From NCBI GenBank assembly GCA_026985095.1, contig JALSQW010000018.1, forward strand, positions 23,989 to 87,988: a stretch of DNA of 64,000 nt, given 5' to 3'. How positions within the stretch are numbered: position 1 is the stretch's first letter; each line of letters starts with the position of its first letter. This document shows positions 51,023 through 63,258 of the stretch, one piece after another. Origin of the DNA: Acidimicrobiia bacterium (lineage in GTDB: Bacteria; Actinomycetota; Acidimicrobiia; Spongiisociales; UBA5794). The notes below the pieces were generated by a model. That model was not told the DNA's origin. It saw only the letters and a program-made list of their open reading frames with translations, and did not search any database. Made by a program: the position numbers and the translations under genes.

Positions 51023-52573
51023 ATGAGCACCGAAGAGCGCATCGAGCGCCTTCGCGCCTTGCGCGAGGAGGCGATGGAAGCGTCCAGCCGACGCGCCGTC
51101 GATCGTCAACACGACCTCGGCAAGCTCACGGCCAGGGAACGGATCGAACTCCTCTTGGACAAGGGGTCGTTCCAGGAGATGGACATGTTCGTCCGCCACC
51201 AGGCGACGGGATTCGGGATCGAGAAGAACCGCCCCCTCGGCGACGCGGTCGTCACCGGATGGGGCACCGTCGACGGCAGAACGGTCTTCATCTTCGCGGA
51301 GGATTTCACCCGCTTCGGCGGCAGCCTCGGTGAGGTCGTGGCGGACAAGATCTGCAAGATCATGGATCTGGCCATGAACACCGGCGCTCCTCTCATCGGC
51401 CTCAAGGACTCCGGAGGCGCGCGGATCCAGGAGGGGGTCGTCGCCCTCGACGGATACGGACGGATCTTCGAACGCAACGTCCGGGCCTCTGGGGTCATCC
51501 CCCAGATCTCGGTCATCATGGGCCCCTGCGCCGGTGGCGCGGTCTACTCGCCGGCGATCACCGACTTCGTCTATCAGATCGACCAGAGGTCCCATCTGTT
51601 CATCACCGGCCCCGACGTCATCCAGGCCGTCACCGGCGAGGAGGTCACGTTCGAGGAACTCGGGGGAGCCCACGCCCACTCCACCCGCTCGGGTGTCACC
51701 CACTTCGTCGCCGAGGACGGCCGCGCCGCCCTCGAGGAGGTGCGCTACCTCTTGTCGTTCTTGCCTCAGAACAACATGGAGGTGCCGCCGTTCTTCACCC
51801 CGATGGACCATCCCGACCGGATGGACGAGGACCTCACCACGATCGTCCCCGACGCTCCCAACCAGCCGTACGACATGACCGAGGTCATCGAGAGGATCGT
51901 CGACGACGGAGACTTCTACCAGGTCCACGAGCACTTCGCCGGCAACATCGTCGTGGGCTTCGCGCGCCTCGACGGGTACACGGTCGGGGTGGTGGGGAAC
52001 CAACCCGCGGTCCTCGCCGGAACGCTCGACATCGACGCCTCCGTCAAAGCGGCCCGGTTCGTTCGGTTCTGTGATGCCTTCAACATCCCCCTCCTGGTAT
52101 TCGTCGACGTTCCCGGGTTCCTCCCCGGCGTCGAGCAGGAACACGGCGGGATCATCCGCCATGGCGCCAAGCTGCTGTACGCCTTCGCCGAAGCGACGGT
52201 GCCTCGGGTCAGCGTCATCACCCGGAAGGCGTATGGAGGCTCGTATCTGGTGATGAACGCCAGGGCCCTGCGCGCCGACGTCGTGTTCGCCTGGCCGACG
52301 GCCGAGATCGCCGTGATGGGCGCCGCCGGGGCCGTCAACGTCATCCAGCGACGGGCCATCGCCGGGGCGGAGGACCCCGAAGCCGAACGGGCTCGGCTCA
52401 TCGCCGAGTACGAGGAGAAGTTCGCCAACCCGTACGTGGCCGCCGAACGAGGCCTCATCGACGACGTCATCGAACCCAGGGAGACCCGGCCTCGCCTGAT
52501 CCGCTCCCTGGAGATGCTCCGCTCCAAGCGCGAATCGATGCCGCCTCGCAAGCACGGCAACATCCCCTTGTGA
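51023..52573 (+). CDS. acyl-CoA carboxylase carboxyltransferase (beta) subunit (AccD5/PccB-like)
   Basis: Start MSTEERIERL with a GGGAGG RBS. Carboxyltransferase N and C domains are present. The upstream part of the ORF-track entry is antisense to birA. Confidence 0.92.
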   Translation: MSTEERIERLRALREEAMEASSRRAVDRQHDLGKLTARERIELLLDKGSFQEMDMFVRHQATGFGIEKNRPLGDAVVTGWGTVDGRTVFIFAEDFTRFGGSLGEVVADKICKIMDLAMNTGAPLIGLKDSGGARIQEGVVALDGYGRIFERNVRASGVIPQISVIMGPCAGGAVYSPAITDFVYQIDQRSHLFITGPDVIQAVTGEEVTFEELGGAHAHSTRSGVTHFVAEDGRAALEEVRYLLSFLPQNNMEVPPFFTPMDHPDRMDEDLTTIVPDAPNQPYDMTEVIERIVDDGDFYQVHEHFAGNIVVGFARLDGYTVGVVGNQPAVLAGTLDIDASVKAARFVRFCDAFNIPLLVFVDVPGFLPGVEQEHGGIIRHGAKLLYAFAEATVPRVSVITRKAYGGSYLVMNARALRADVVFAWPTAEIAVMGAAGAVNVIQRRAIAGAEDPEAERARLIAEYEEKFANPYVAAERGLIDDVIEPRETRPRLIRSLEMLRSKRESMPPRKHGNIPL

Positions 52574-52585
52574 CGGCCTGGCGCC

Positions 52586-53329
52586 CTACGGGCGGCAGGA
52601 CCAGTGCGCCCAGGGGTCGAGGCCCGCGGCGACGCTGGTGCGCACCAGCCACGCGGCCGACGCGATGTTCGCCTCCGGATCGTACGGATCGGCACCACCG
52701 ACCCCCCGAGCCGTGGTCACCATCCTCCAGGTGCCGGAGAGGAACTGGAACAGGCCTCGCGCCGAGGAACGGCGGTTCTTCGCCTGCGGGTCGCCTCCGG
52801 ACTCGCATCGCATGACCGCCAGCGCTTCCTCGATGCGCCCATGGGGGAAGTAGCGACGCACGAGCGGGCGCCAACGCTCCACATCGGCAGGGAACCGAGA
52901 TCGATCGCCCGTCGACAGCGCGGCGGCGATCTGCGCATCGCGGCGTGCCAGCTCGGTCTCGAGTCGCCCCCGCCGCGCCGACAGCTCGGCGATCCGAGCC
53001 GTCAACCCTCCGGCTCGCCCCGAGGCGTCCGTCGCCCGTTCGAGGGCCGCCGCCGACCGCGGACCGGCGGCCGAGATCAGCTCCACCACGGTCGCGGACG
53101 CTCGCTCCGACAGCCCGGTCACCGCAGCGACGAAACGGACCCGACGAGCCGTGCCGAGCGCTTCGAGGCGGGCGTCGAGCCGACGCCTCAACGCATCGAC
53201 GGTCGACACCCTCGCCGCGATCTCCTCGACGCTGCTGACATCGTGGGCGCGGGCGGTCGGCGTCGTGGCCGGCGAACCGACGAGCGCGACGCAACAGATC
53301 GATGCGACGAGGAGGGTCTTCGCGAACAT
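52586..53329 (-). CDS. lytic transglycosylase (SLT/lysozyme-like domain) with coiled-coil region and signal peptide
   Basis: Signal peptide MFAKTLLVASICCVALVGSPA, an Ala/Arg-rich coiled coil, and a C-terminal EALAVMRCESGGDPQAKN...GLFQFLSGTW...AWLV. Confidence 0.65.
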   Translation of the reverse strand: MFAKTLLVASICCVALVGSPATTPTARAHDVSSVEEIAARVSTVDALRRRLDARLEALGTARRVRFVAAVTGLSERASATVVELISAAGPRSAAALERATDASGRAGGLTARIAELSARRGRLETELARRDAQIAAALSTGDRSRFPADVERWRPLVRRYFPHGRIEEALAVMRCESGGDPQAKNRRSSARGLFQFLSGTWRMVTTARGVGGADPYDPEANIASAAWLVRTSVAAGLDPWAHWSCRP

Positions 53330-53428
53330 GCGAACCGGGGAGGGTACGGGGACGCATCCGGTAACGGGCTTCCGGTCGGCACGGTCCAACACAGCGTCCG
53401 CAACCGCCGAGTCTCCTAGGATGCCGTC

Positions 53429-55177
53429 GTGCAATCCGTCCTCATCGCCAACCGTGGAGAGATCGCCGTCCGGGTGATCCGCGCCGCCCGCGACCTGGGC
53501 ATCCGGACGATCGCCATCTACTCGGAGCTCGACCGGGACGCGGTCCACGTCGAGCTCGCCGACGAGGCCTGGAACGTCGGGCCGGCGCCTGCCGCCGAGT
53601 CGTACCTCAACGTGGAACGGATCCTCGCGGTGGCAGCCGAGGCCGGCGCCGAGGCGATCCATCCCGGTTACGGGTTCCTCGCCGAGAGCGCCGACTTCGC
53701 CCGTGCGGTCATCGACGCCGGCATCATCTGGGTCGGCCCGCCTCCCGCCGCGATCGCCATGATGGGCGACAAGATCGCCTCACGCCGCGCCGCCGAAGCC
53801 GCCGGCGTCGCCGGTGTTCCCGGCACCGACGAACCGCTGACGTCGGTCGACGACGCCCGGGCCTTCGCCGCCGAACACGGGTACCCGATCGCCATCAAGG
53901 CCTCGGCGGGTGGCGGCGGCCGTGGCATGAAGGTCGTCACCGACGACGGCGACCTCGCCGCCGCCTTCGAGGCCGCCGGACGCGAGGCGCAGGCCTGGTT
54001 CGGCAACGCCGCGGTGTACCTGGAGAAGTACCTCGAGCGGCCCCGCCACATCGAGGCCCAGGTCATCTTCGACACCCACGGCAACGGCGTGTTCCTGGGC
54101 GAACGCGACTGCTCGCTGCAGCGGCGCCATCAGAAGCTCCTCGAAGAGACCCCGGCACCGGGGCTCGATGCCGACAGGCGAGCCGCCATCGGGGACGCCG
54201 CGTTGGCGGTCGCCCGAGCTGCGGCCTACGTCAGCGCGGGGACCGTCGAGTTCCTCATGGACCGCACCGGGGCCTTCTACTTCCTGGAGATGAACACCCG
54301 GATCCAGGTCGAGCACACGATCACCGAGGAAGCCACCAACGTCGACCTCGTCGTCGAACAGCTCCGGGTCGCCGACGGCCTCGAACTGTCGATCGATCAG
54401 GCACCCGTCCCGGTAGGCCACGCCATCGAGTTCCGCATCAACGCCGAGGACCCCACCCGCGAGTTCCTGCCCAACCCCGGACCGCTCGTCGCCTACCGGG
54501 AACCCGCCGGACCCGGCGTCCGTGTCGACTCGGGCGTGAAGCAAGGCGGGGTGATCTCCCAGTACTACGACAACCTGATCGCCAAGCTCATCGTCCGCGG
54601 ACGTGACCGTGACGAAGCGATCCGCCGAGGCCGGAGGGCCTTGGAGGAGTTCGTCGTGTCCGGCGTCCAGACGACCATCCCCGCCCACCTCGAGATCCTC
54701 CGCAACGACGACTTCCTCGCCGGCCGGGTCGATACCCGGCTCATCGAGGACCGCATGGATTTCCGAGCGCTGGAACGGCCCACCTCGCCGACGCTCCCCG
54801 AAGAAGAGGAGCTCTCCGAGCGGACGATCACCGTCGAGGTCGGCGGCAAGCGCTTCGAGGTCCGCTACTGGTCCCAGGTCCTCGGGACACCCCAAGGCCC
54901 GCGCCGGGCCGCGCCGCGGCGACGGCCTCCCAAACGGGCCAAGGGCGGCCCTGCGGGCGGCGGCGAAGGGGTGGTCACCGCCCCGATGCAAGGCACCATC
55001 GTCAAGGTCCACCACAAGGCAGGGGACACCGTCGCCGCCGGCGAGCCGGTGTGCGTCCTCGAAGCCATGAAGATGGAGAACGAGATCGTCGCTCCCGTGT
55101 CCGGCGACATCGTCGACCTCCGCGTGCAGACCGGCGACACGGTCGCGTCGGGGTCCATCCTCATGGTCATCAAGTAG
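53429..55177 (+). CDS. acetyl/propionyl-CoA carboxylase alpha subunit (biotin carboxylase + BCCP)
   Basis: GTG start VQSVLIANRGEIAVR, the biotin carboxylase ATP-grasp fold, and a C-terminal biotinylation motif EAMKMENEI. Confidence 0.93.
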   Translation: MQSVLIANRGEIAVRVIRAARDLGIRTIAIYSELDRDAVHVELADEAWNVGPAPAAESYLNVERILAVAAEAGAEAIHPGYGFLAESADFARAVIDAGIIWVGPPPAAIAMMGDKIASRRAAEAAGVAGVPGTDEPLTSVDDARAFAAEHGYPIAIKASAGGGGRGMKVVTDDGDLAAAFEAAGREAQAWFGNAAVYLEKYLERPRHIEAQVIFDTHGNGVFLGERDCSLQRRHQKLLEETPAPGLDADRRAAIGDAALAVARAAAYVSAGTVEFLMDRTGAFYFLEMNTRIQVEHTITEEATNVDLVVEQLRVADGLELSIDQAPVPVGHAIEFRINAEDPTREFLPNPGPLVAYREPAGPGVRVDSGVKQGGVISQYYDNLIAKLIVRGRDRDEAIRRGRRALEEFVVSGVQTTIPAHLEILRNDDFLAGRVDTRLIEDRMDFRALERPTSPTLPEEEELSERTITVEVGGKRFEVRYWSQVLGTPQGPRRAAPRRRPPKRAKGGPAGGGEGVVTAPMQGTIVKVHHKAGDTVAAGEPVCVLEAMKMENEIVAPVSGDIVDLRVQTGDTVASGSILMVIK

Positions 55178-55183
55178 CGACCG

Positions 55184-56592
55184 CTACTCGGCGGCCTCCG
55201 AGATGCTCTCCACCAACGAGGGATGGACGAGCAGCGTCTCGGCGAGGATCTCCACCCGCAGCCGGGCGCGGACGGCCAGGGCGATCGGAGCGATCAACTC
55301 CGAGGCGTGGTGGCCGACCACCGTACCGCCCAGGACGATCCGGGTCGCCGGGTCGGACACGACCTTGACGAACCCGGCGGGGTTCCCCTGGATCAACGCC
55401 CGCGGGTTCGCCGCGAACGGGACCTTCGTGATCCGCACCTTCCGGCCTTCGGCGGCCGCATCGACCTCCTCGAGCCCGACGCTGGCGATCTCGGGCTCCG
55501 TGAAGATCGCTTGGGACACCTTGCGGTACTCGAGGGGCCGGACGCTGCGACCCATGACATGGCGAGCGACCTTGCGGCCCTGCATCGTGGCCACCGACGA
55601 CAGAGGAAGCTGACCGGTGACGTCACCCGCCGCGTAGATGTGCGGGACCGACGTGCGCTGGTACTCGTCGACGATCACGAACCCGCGGGACGTCTCGATC
55701 CCCAGCTCGTCGAGCCCGAGCGCTTCGCTGTTGGGCACCGAACCGACGGCGAGCAGCACATGGCTCCCCTCGAGGTGCCGACCGTCCGCGGTCTCCACGA
55801 GCACGCCGTCGGCGGTTCGGGTCACCGCGGACGCCCGGGATCCCTTCACCAACTCCACCCCTCGGCCCAAGAACACGTCCTCGAGGACGACCGCCACTTC
55901 CGGGTCGCGGTGCGGCAAGACGTGATGACGGGACACCAACAGCGTCACGTCCGAACCCAACGACGAGAAGATGTGGACCATCTCGACGCCCGTGACCCCC
56001 GACCCGATCACGATCAGCTTCTCGGGAAGCTCCTCCAGGTCGTAGGCGTGGCGGGTCGTGAGCACTCGCTCACCATCCACCGGCGCCCAATCGGGGATCC
56101 GGGGACGCGAGCCGGTAGAGATGAGGGCATGGTCGAAGGTCACCTCCATCTCCGACCCGTCGGGCCGAGCCACGACGGCCGTGTGCGGACCGGTGAAGCG
56201 CCCCCGACCCTCGACGATCTCCACCTCCTGGGATTCGAGCATGTCGCGCAGCGAGGCCGCCAGCGCCGTCGTGATCCCGTCGAGGTGGGCGCACAGACGC
56301 GCCATGTCGAGACGGACCGCACCGGGGTCGGAGATCCCGAGCGCCGACGCGTTCCGGATCGCCGACATCCGCATCGAACTGGCCACCATCGCCTTGGATG
56401 GGATGCAATCCAGCAGATGAGCCGCTCCCCCGACGATGCGATCCTCGACGAGGGTCACCGACGCACCGAGGGTCGCCGCGACCGTCGCCGCAGCATGCCC
56501 GGCCGGGCCGCCCCCGACGACGAGCAAGGTCGGTGGATGTGGCTCTGGGTTCACGGTGTCTCCTCGCGATGAACGGACGGGTTCGTGGGCGG

Positions 56593-56596
<4 letters not shown>
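55184..56596 (-). CDS. pyridine nucleotide-disulfide oxidoreductase family flavoprotein, LpdA-like (single Cys: lacks CxxxxC)
   Basis: FAD motif [14 protein letters not shown] and an NAD motif. The active-site region reads [11 protein letters not shown], with Ala in place of the first redox Cys. Start ATGA overlaps the mutase stop. Confidence 0.8.
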
Positions 56597-58149
<1,553 letters not shown>

Positions 58150-58254
58150 TGACGGGTCCTTACTCGAACCGGTTCCTAAGCTTTCGCGAGCCGATGCTAC
58201 CCGTGGTGGAACCGGGCACCGCTCTGGCACGTTCCCTTCTGCGAGGACCCGCAC

Positions 58255-60759
58255 ATGGAACCCAACATCCACGAGATCCACCGTCGGGACCGCCGTGGAC
58301 GACGGCTCCCAGCCTTCGCCGCGCTCGGCGTCCTCGTCGTCGTCGGAGCCACCTGGCTCGGGTTGTTCGAGTTCCTCGGCACCAACGCGGCCTACGGGAC
58401 CGTGCAGGAGCTCGAAGACCGGTACATCTGCGACGTGTCCCGCTTCGATCTGTCCCTCCCCGACCTGTCGACGCTCTCGGAGGTCACCACCGCCGACGGG
58501 GTGCTGCTGGGCGAACTCACCGAACGCAACTCTCGGCCGATCCCCCTCGAGGAGATCCCCGACGTCGTGATCGCCGCCGCGCTGTCCTCCGAAGACAAGG
58601 ACTTCTACGAGCACGAAGGCATCAACTACCGGGCGATCTTCCGGGCCGCCCTCGAGAACGCGGGCGGCCAGAGCGTCCAAGGTGGCTCCACCATCACCCA
58701 GCAGGTCGTCAAGCAGAACTTCCTGACGCCGGACCGGACGATCGAGCGGAAGATCTGCGAGGCGGTCGTCGCCGCCGAGCTGGAACGGCACTACACCAAG
58801 GACCAGATCCTCGAGTTCTACCTCAACTCGGTGTTCTTCGGCGCCAACGCCTACGGGGTCGAGGCGGGAGCCAGGGAGTACTTCGGCAAGGACGTCGACG
58901 AGCTCACCATCGCCGAAGCCGCCGCCTTGATGGCACCCATCCGCAACCCCACCTTCTATCACCCGCGTCTCCGCCCCGACAACGTCCTCAAGGCCCGCAA
59001 CGACGTGATCGACCGCATGGCCCGCAACGGCTACATCACCGTCGCCCAAGCGACCGAGGCGAAGGCGGAGCCCCTGGGGGTCATCCCCCATCAGGAGTTC
59101 GAGGACCTCGCACCCCAGGTCATGATCGCCGTTCGCCAGGAACTGCTCCGCAACCCCGACTACGGCCTGGGCGAGACCTACCTGGAACGCAAGCGGGCGA
59201 TCTTCGGCTGTCCGGCCGCCGACACCACGTGCACCGGAGGAGGCGGCCTCCGGATCGACGTCACGGTCGACTATGGCCTGCAGCAGGAGGCGAACCGAAT
59301 CCTGCGGGCGTGGTTCCGGCCGGGGGCCGAGGGTCCGACCGGCGCCATCGCCACCGTCGACAACCGCACCGGGGCCATCAAGGTGATGGCGTCGGGCCTC
59401 GACTACGGCAACGACATCGAAGCCGGCCAGCGACCCTACGACCTGGCCACCCAGGGAGCCCGCCAGCCCGGCTCGTCCTTCAAACCGTTCACGCTGGCGG
59501 CTGCCCTCGAGTACGGCACCACCGACGGTCAGCCCGTGACCCTCGGCAGCTACTGGGACCAGTCGAGCCCGGCCGAGATCGACTGCGGGTTCCCATGCAC
59601 GTCCAACGGCAACATCTGGACGGTCTCCAACGCCGGCGGCAAGACCGCCAAGAGCCTGCGGACCCTCGAATCGGCGACCTACAACTCGGTGAACACCGTC
59701 TACGCGCGTCTGGTGGCCAGGATCGGCCCGGACAAGGTCGTCGAGATGGCGCACCGTCTCGGCATCGACTCGCCGCTGAAGCCGTATCCGTCGATCACGC
59801 TGGGCTCGTTCGGTGTCAGTCCCCTCGAGATGGCTTCGGCGTACTCGACGTTCGCGAACTTCGGTGTCCGACGTGAGCCGTACCTGATCGAGCGGATCAC
59901 CGCGGCAGACGGGACCGTCATCTACCAACACGCCCCGACCGAGCGACGGGTCCTGTCGGATTCGATCTCTGCGGCGGTCGTGGGCGCCATGAAGAAGGTC
60001 GTCACCAACGGCACCGGTCGTCGGGCGAACATCGACCGGCCCCAGGCCGGCAAGACCGGGACCGCCACCGACTACCGCGACGTGTGGTTCGTCGGGTTCA
60101 TCCCGCAGTACTCGACCGCCGTGTGGGTCGGATACGCCGACAAGCAGGTCCCCATGCGCGACTTCACCGTCTGGAACGACCTCGAAGGCAAGGAGCAGTT
60201 CTACCGCCGGGCCTTCGGAGGTTCGCTCGCGGCTCCGATCTGGAAGCAGTTCATGCTGGAGTTGACCGACGGCCTCCCGGTCGAGGACTTCCCGCCGGAT
60301 CCGCCAGGGACCGCCGTCTACCGGCAGACCCCCTTCACCCAGGTGCCCGATCTCGTCGACCTCGGCTCCGTCGACGAGGCCATCGACGCCCTCCTGGCCG
60401 TCGGTCTCGAACCGTCGGTCGTCGAGGTCGCCTCGAACGAGCCTGCCGGGACCCTCGTCGGTCAGGATCCCCTCCCGGGAACCCGCATCCGCCAGGGCAC
60501 GGTCGTCACGGTCGAGATCTCCAACGGCCAACCCCCGACCGCCCCGCTGCTCGATCTGGTCGGGACCCCCCTGTCCGTGGTCGGCGCCCGCCTCGATGCC
60601 TTCACCGCCGAGACCGGCATCGATCTCGACTGGACCGCCCAGGAAGTGGCCACCGCCGAACCGTCCAAGTGGGGCACCGTCGTGGCGACGGATCCCGGCG
60701 CCGGGACGGTCGTGGCCTCCGGCGACCGTATCACGGTGTTCGTCGGCGTCCGTCCTTGA
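58255..60759 (+). CDS. class A penicillin-binding protein (transglycosylase + transpeptidase) with C-terminal PASTA domains
   Basis: N-terminal TM anchor, GT51 motifs ([12 protein letters not shown]...GGSTITQQ), transpeptidase motifs (SSFKPF, SNAG, KTGT) and two C-terminal PASTA-like repeats. Confidence 0.9.
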   Translation: MEPNIHEIHRRDRRGRRLPAFAALGVLVVVGATWLGLFEFLGTNAAYGTVQELEDRYICDVSRFDLSLPDLSTLSEVTTADGVLLGELTERNSRPIPLEEIPDVVIAAALSSEDKDFYEHEGINYRAIFRAALENAGGQSVQGGSTITQQVVKQNFLTPDRTIERKICEAVVAAELERHYTKDQILEFYLNSVFFGANAYGVEAGAREYFGKDVDELTIAEAAALMAPIRNPTFYHPRLRPDNVLKARNDVIDRMARNGYITVAQATEAKAEPLGVIPHQEFEDLAPQVMIAVRQELLRNPDYGLGETYLERKRAIFGCPAADTTCTGGGGLRIDVTVDYGLQQEANRILRAWFRPGAEGPTGAIATVDNRTGAIKVMASGLDYGNDIEAGQRPYDLATQGARQPGSSFKPFTLAAALEYGTTDGQPVTLGSYWDQSSPAEIDCGFPCTSNGNIWTVSNAGGKTAKSLRTLESATYNSVNTVYARLVARIGPDKVVEMAHRLGIDSPLKPYPSITLGSFGVSPLEMASAYSTFANFGVRREPYLIERITAADGTVIYQHAPTERRVLSDSISAAVVGAMKKVVTNGTGRRANIDRPQAGKTGTATDYRDVWFVGFIPQYSTAVWVGYADKQVPMRDFTVWNDLEGKEQFYRRAFGGSLAAPIWKQFMLELTDGLPVEDFPPDPPGTAVYRQTPFTQVPDLVDLGSVDEAIDALLAVGLEPSVVEVASNEPAGTLVGQDPLPGTRIRQGTVVTVEISNGQPPTAPLLDLVGTPLSVVGARLDAFTAETGIDLDWTAQEVATAEPSKWGTVVATDPGAGTVVASGDRITVFVGVRP

Positions 60760-60830
60760 GGATCGGCGACCGGGGAGGCGCTCCGGACGCGGGACGGTCT
60801 CCCCTCCCGGCCTGGCCCTAACCTGACCCG

Positions 60831-62624
60831 ATGCCTGCCTCCTCGTCGCCGCTGCGCCGCCTGTGGCGCTACGCAAGCCCCTACCGGAGCCGCGTGATCG
60901 GGGCGACCGTCTGGTCGGTGCTCAACAAGGCGATGGACATCGCCCCGCCGTTCCTGATCGGCATCGCCATCGACGTCGTCGTCCGACGCGAAGGGTCGTT
61001 CCTGGCTGGATCCGGCATCTCCGAGCCGCGTCTGCAGCTTCTCGCACTCGCCGGACTGACGTTGGCCGTATGGGCCCTCGAGTCGCTCTTCGAGTACCTC
61101 GCCAAGGTGACGTGGCGGAACCTCGCCCAGACCATCCAGCACGAGATGCGGGTCGACACCTACGCCAAGCTCCAGGAGCTCGACGTCGAGTTCTTCGAAC
61201 GTCGAACCACCGGGGACCTGATCGCCGTCCTCAACGACGACGTGAACCAGCTCGAGCGCTTCTTGGACGTCGGTGCGGACGAGGTGATCCAGATGGCGAC
61301 CACGGTCGTGCTCATCGGTGCTGCCTTCTTCGCCATCGCTCCGGGGGTCGCGTGGCTCGCGTTCCTCCCCATCCCACTCATCGCCTGGGGGTCGGTCCGG
61401 TTCCAACGCACGATCGAGCCTCGCTATGCAGCCGTCCGTGAGGAGGCCGCCTCCATCGCGACGTTGCTGTCGACCAACCTCGGAGGGATCGCCACCATCA
61501 AGGCGTTCACCGCCGAGGCGCGGGAGGTCGACCGGATCGCCGCCGCCTCCGATGCCTACCGTCGGGCCAACCGATCGGCGATCACCCTGTCGTCGGCGTT
61601 CTCACCGCTCATCCGGATCGCGATCCTCGTCGGGTTCACCGCCACCTTGGTGTGGGGCGGGTTCCTGGCCCTCGACGGGCAACTCAACGTCGGGTTGTAC
61701 TCGGTGATGGTGTTCCTCACCCAGCGGCTCCTGTGGCCCTTGACTCGGCTGGGTGAGACCTTCGACCTGTACCAGCGGGCGATGGCGTCGACCCGGCGCA
61801 TCCTCGACATCGTCGACACCACCGTCGACCTTCCCGACGGGGAGCTCCCGCTCACCCGAGCCGACGCGAGGTCCCCGATCCGTTTCGAGCACGTGTCGTT
61901 CGCCTACGTCCCCGGCCATCAGGTACTCGACGACCTCGACCTGACGGTGGAGCCCGGGTCGACCACCGCGTTCGTCGGGCCCACCGGATCGGGCAAGACG
62001 ACCATCGTCAAGCTGCTGCTCCGCTTCTACGACCCCGATGGCGGGGCGATCACGCTGGCGGGGACCGACCTGCGCAGGATGCGACGTGGCGACCTCCGCC
62101 GCCAGCTCGCCCTCGTCGGCCAGGACGTCTACCTGTTCGACGGCACCGTCCGCGAGAACATCGCCTACGGCGTTCCGGACGCTCCCGAGCGCGACATCGA
62201 GGGCGCAGCGAGGGCGGCGGAGGCCCACGGCTTCGTCATGGAGCTTCCCGACGGCTACGACACGGTCGTCGGCGAACGCGGACAGAAGCTGTCCGGAGGC
62301 CAGCGCCAACGCCTCTCGATCGCCCGGGCGCTGTTGACCGATGCCCCGATCATCATCCTCGACGAGGCCACCTCGGCGGTGGACAATGAGACGGAGGCCG
62401 CGATCCAGCGGTCCCTCCGAGCCGTTGCCCATCACCGGACGATGATCGTCATCGCCCATCGCCTGTCGACGATCCGCCATGCCGACGCCATCCACGTGCT
62501 CGTCGGAGGACGGATCGTCGAGTCGGGCCGCCATGAGGAGCTCGTCGCGGCTGGCGGCGCCTATGCCCAGTTGTGGCGGGTCCAGACCGGCCAGAACGCG
62601 TCCACCGATCCGGGACGGGGCTGA
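60831..62624 (+). CDS. ABC transporter, fused permease/ATP-binding protein (exporter family)
   Basis: Six TM helices, then Walker [18 protein letters not shown], and Walker [11 protein letters not shown]. Confidence 0.9.
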   Translation: MPASSSPLRRLWRYASPYRSRVIGATVWSVLNKAMDIAPPFLIGIAIDVVVRREGSFLAGSGISEPRLQLLALAGLTLAVWALESLFEYLAKVTWRNLAQTIQHEMRVDTYAKLQELDVEFFERRTTGDLIAVLNDDVNQLERFLDVGADEVIQMATTVVLIGAAFFAIAPGVAWLAFLPIPLIAWGSVRFQRTIEPRYAAVREEAASIATLLSTNLGGIATIKAFTAEAREVDRIAAASDAYRRANRSAITLSSAFSPLIRIAILVGFTATLVWGGFLALDGQLNVGLYSVMVFLTQRLLWPLTRLGETFDLYQRAMASTRRILDIVDTTVDLPDGELPLTRADARSPIRFEHVSFAYVPGHQVLDDLDLTVEPGSTTAFVGPTGSGKTTIVKLLLRFYDPDGGAITLAGTDLRRMRRGDLRRQLALVGQDVYLFDGTVRENIAYGVPDAPERDIEGAARAAEAHGFVMELPDGYDTVVGERGQKLSGGQRQRLSIARALLTDAPIIILDEATSAVDNETEAAIQRSLRAVAHHRTMIVIAHRLSTIRHADAIHVLVGGRIVESGRHEELVAAGGAYAQLWRVQTGQNASTDPGRG

Positions 62625-62718
62625 AGCCGCCCGCTCTCGGCACCGCAGCGCAGGGCCCGCGACGACCATCCCAAGCGATTCTTTCGCGACCTCAACCGAT
62701 GCTACTTGACTTCATCTG

Positions 62719-63228
62719 ATGGTTATCGATACTCGAACCATGACCACCAAGCAGATCTCGGCGGCACCCGGAACCCACGACGTCGATGCTCGTCCTCCCA
62801 TCGTCTCGCGGGAACCCGCCTCTCCTCCGGGTGCCGCCGCAGAGCTCCCCTATCCGCTGGCTCGTCCCACCGTGATCCCCCGCCCGATGGTCCATCCTCG
62901 CGTGTTCGAGGACCACCTCGCCGCCTTGGGGTATCCGCTCGACCACCCGTACGTTCGACGGTTCTGGACCGCCACCATCGGCCCGGGAGCGGTCGCCGAC
63001 CTGCTGCGCCTCGCCGTCGCTGCCCGTCGCGGCCGCTCCCTGCCCCGCCCGATCCACCTCGCGGAGCTCGTGTACGAGGACCTCGTTCGACGGACACCCG
63101 AGGGTCTCGAGGTACGATCGACGGTCCCTCCCCTCTCCGCCGCTCAGGTCCAGCGACTCCATCCCGCGTTGCGCCGCGAGCACGCAACGATCCGCCTCGC
63201 CGGCCACCATCCCGGCGCCCGACGCTGA
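62719..63228 (+). CDS. hypothetical protein
   Basis: 169-aa ORF after a lower-GC spacer with promoter-like hexamers. No motif recognised. The true start may be internal (MTTKQ... or later). Confidence 0.35.
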   Translation: MVIDTRTMTTKQISAAPGTHDVDARPPIVSREPASPPGAAAELPYPLARPTVIPRPMVHPRVFEDHLAALGYPLDHPYVRRFWTATIGPGAVADLLRLAVAARRGRSLPRPIHLAELVYEDLVRRTPEGLEVRSTVPPLSAAQVQRLHPALRREHATIRLAGHHPGARR

Positions 63229-63258
63229 GCACCGAACGGGCACCGGTACCCTCGGGGC

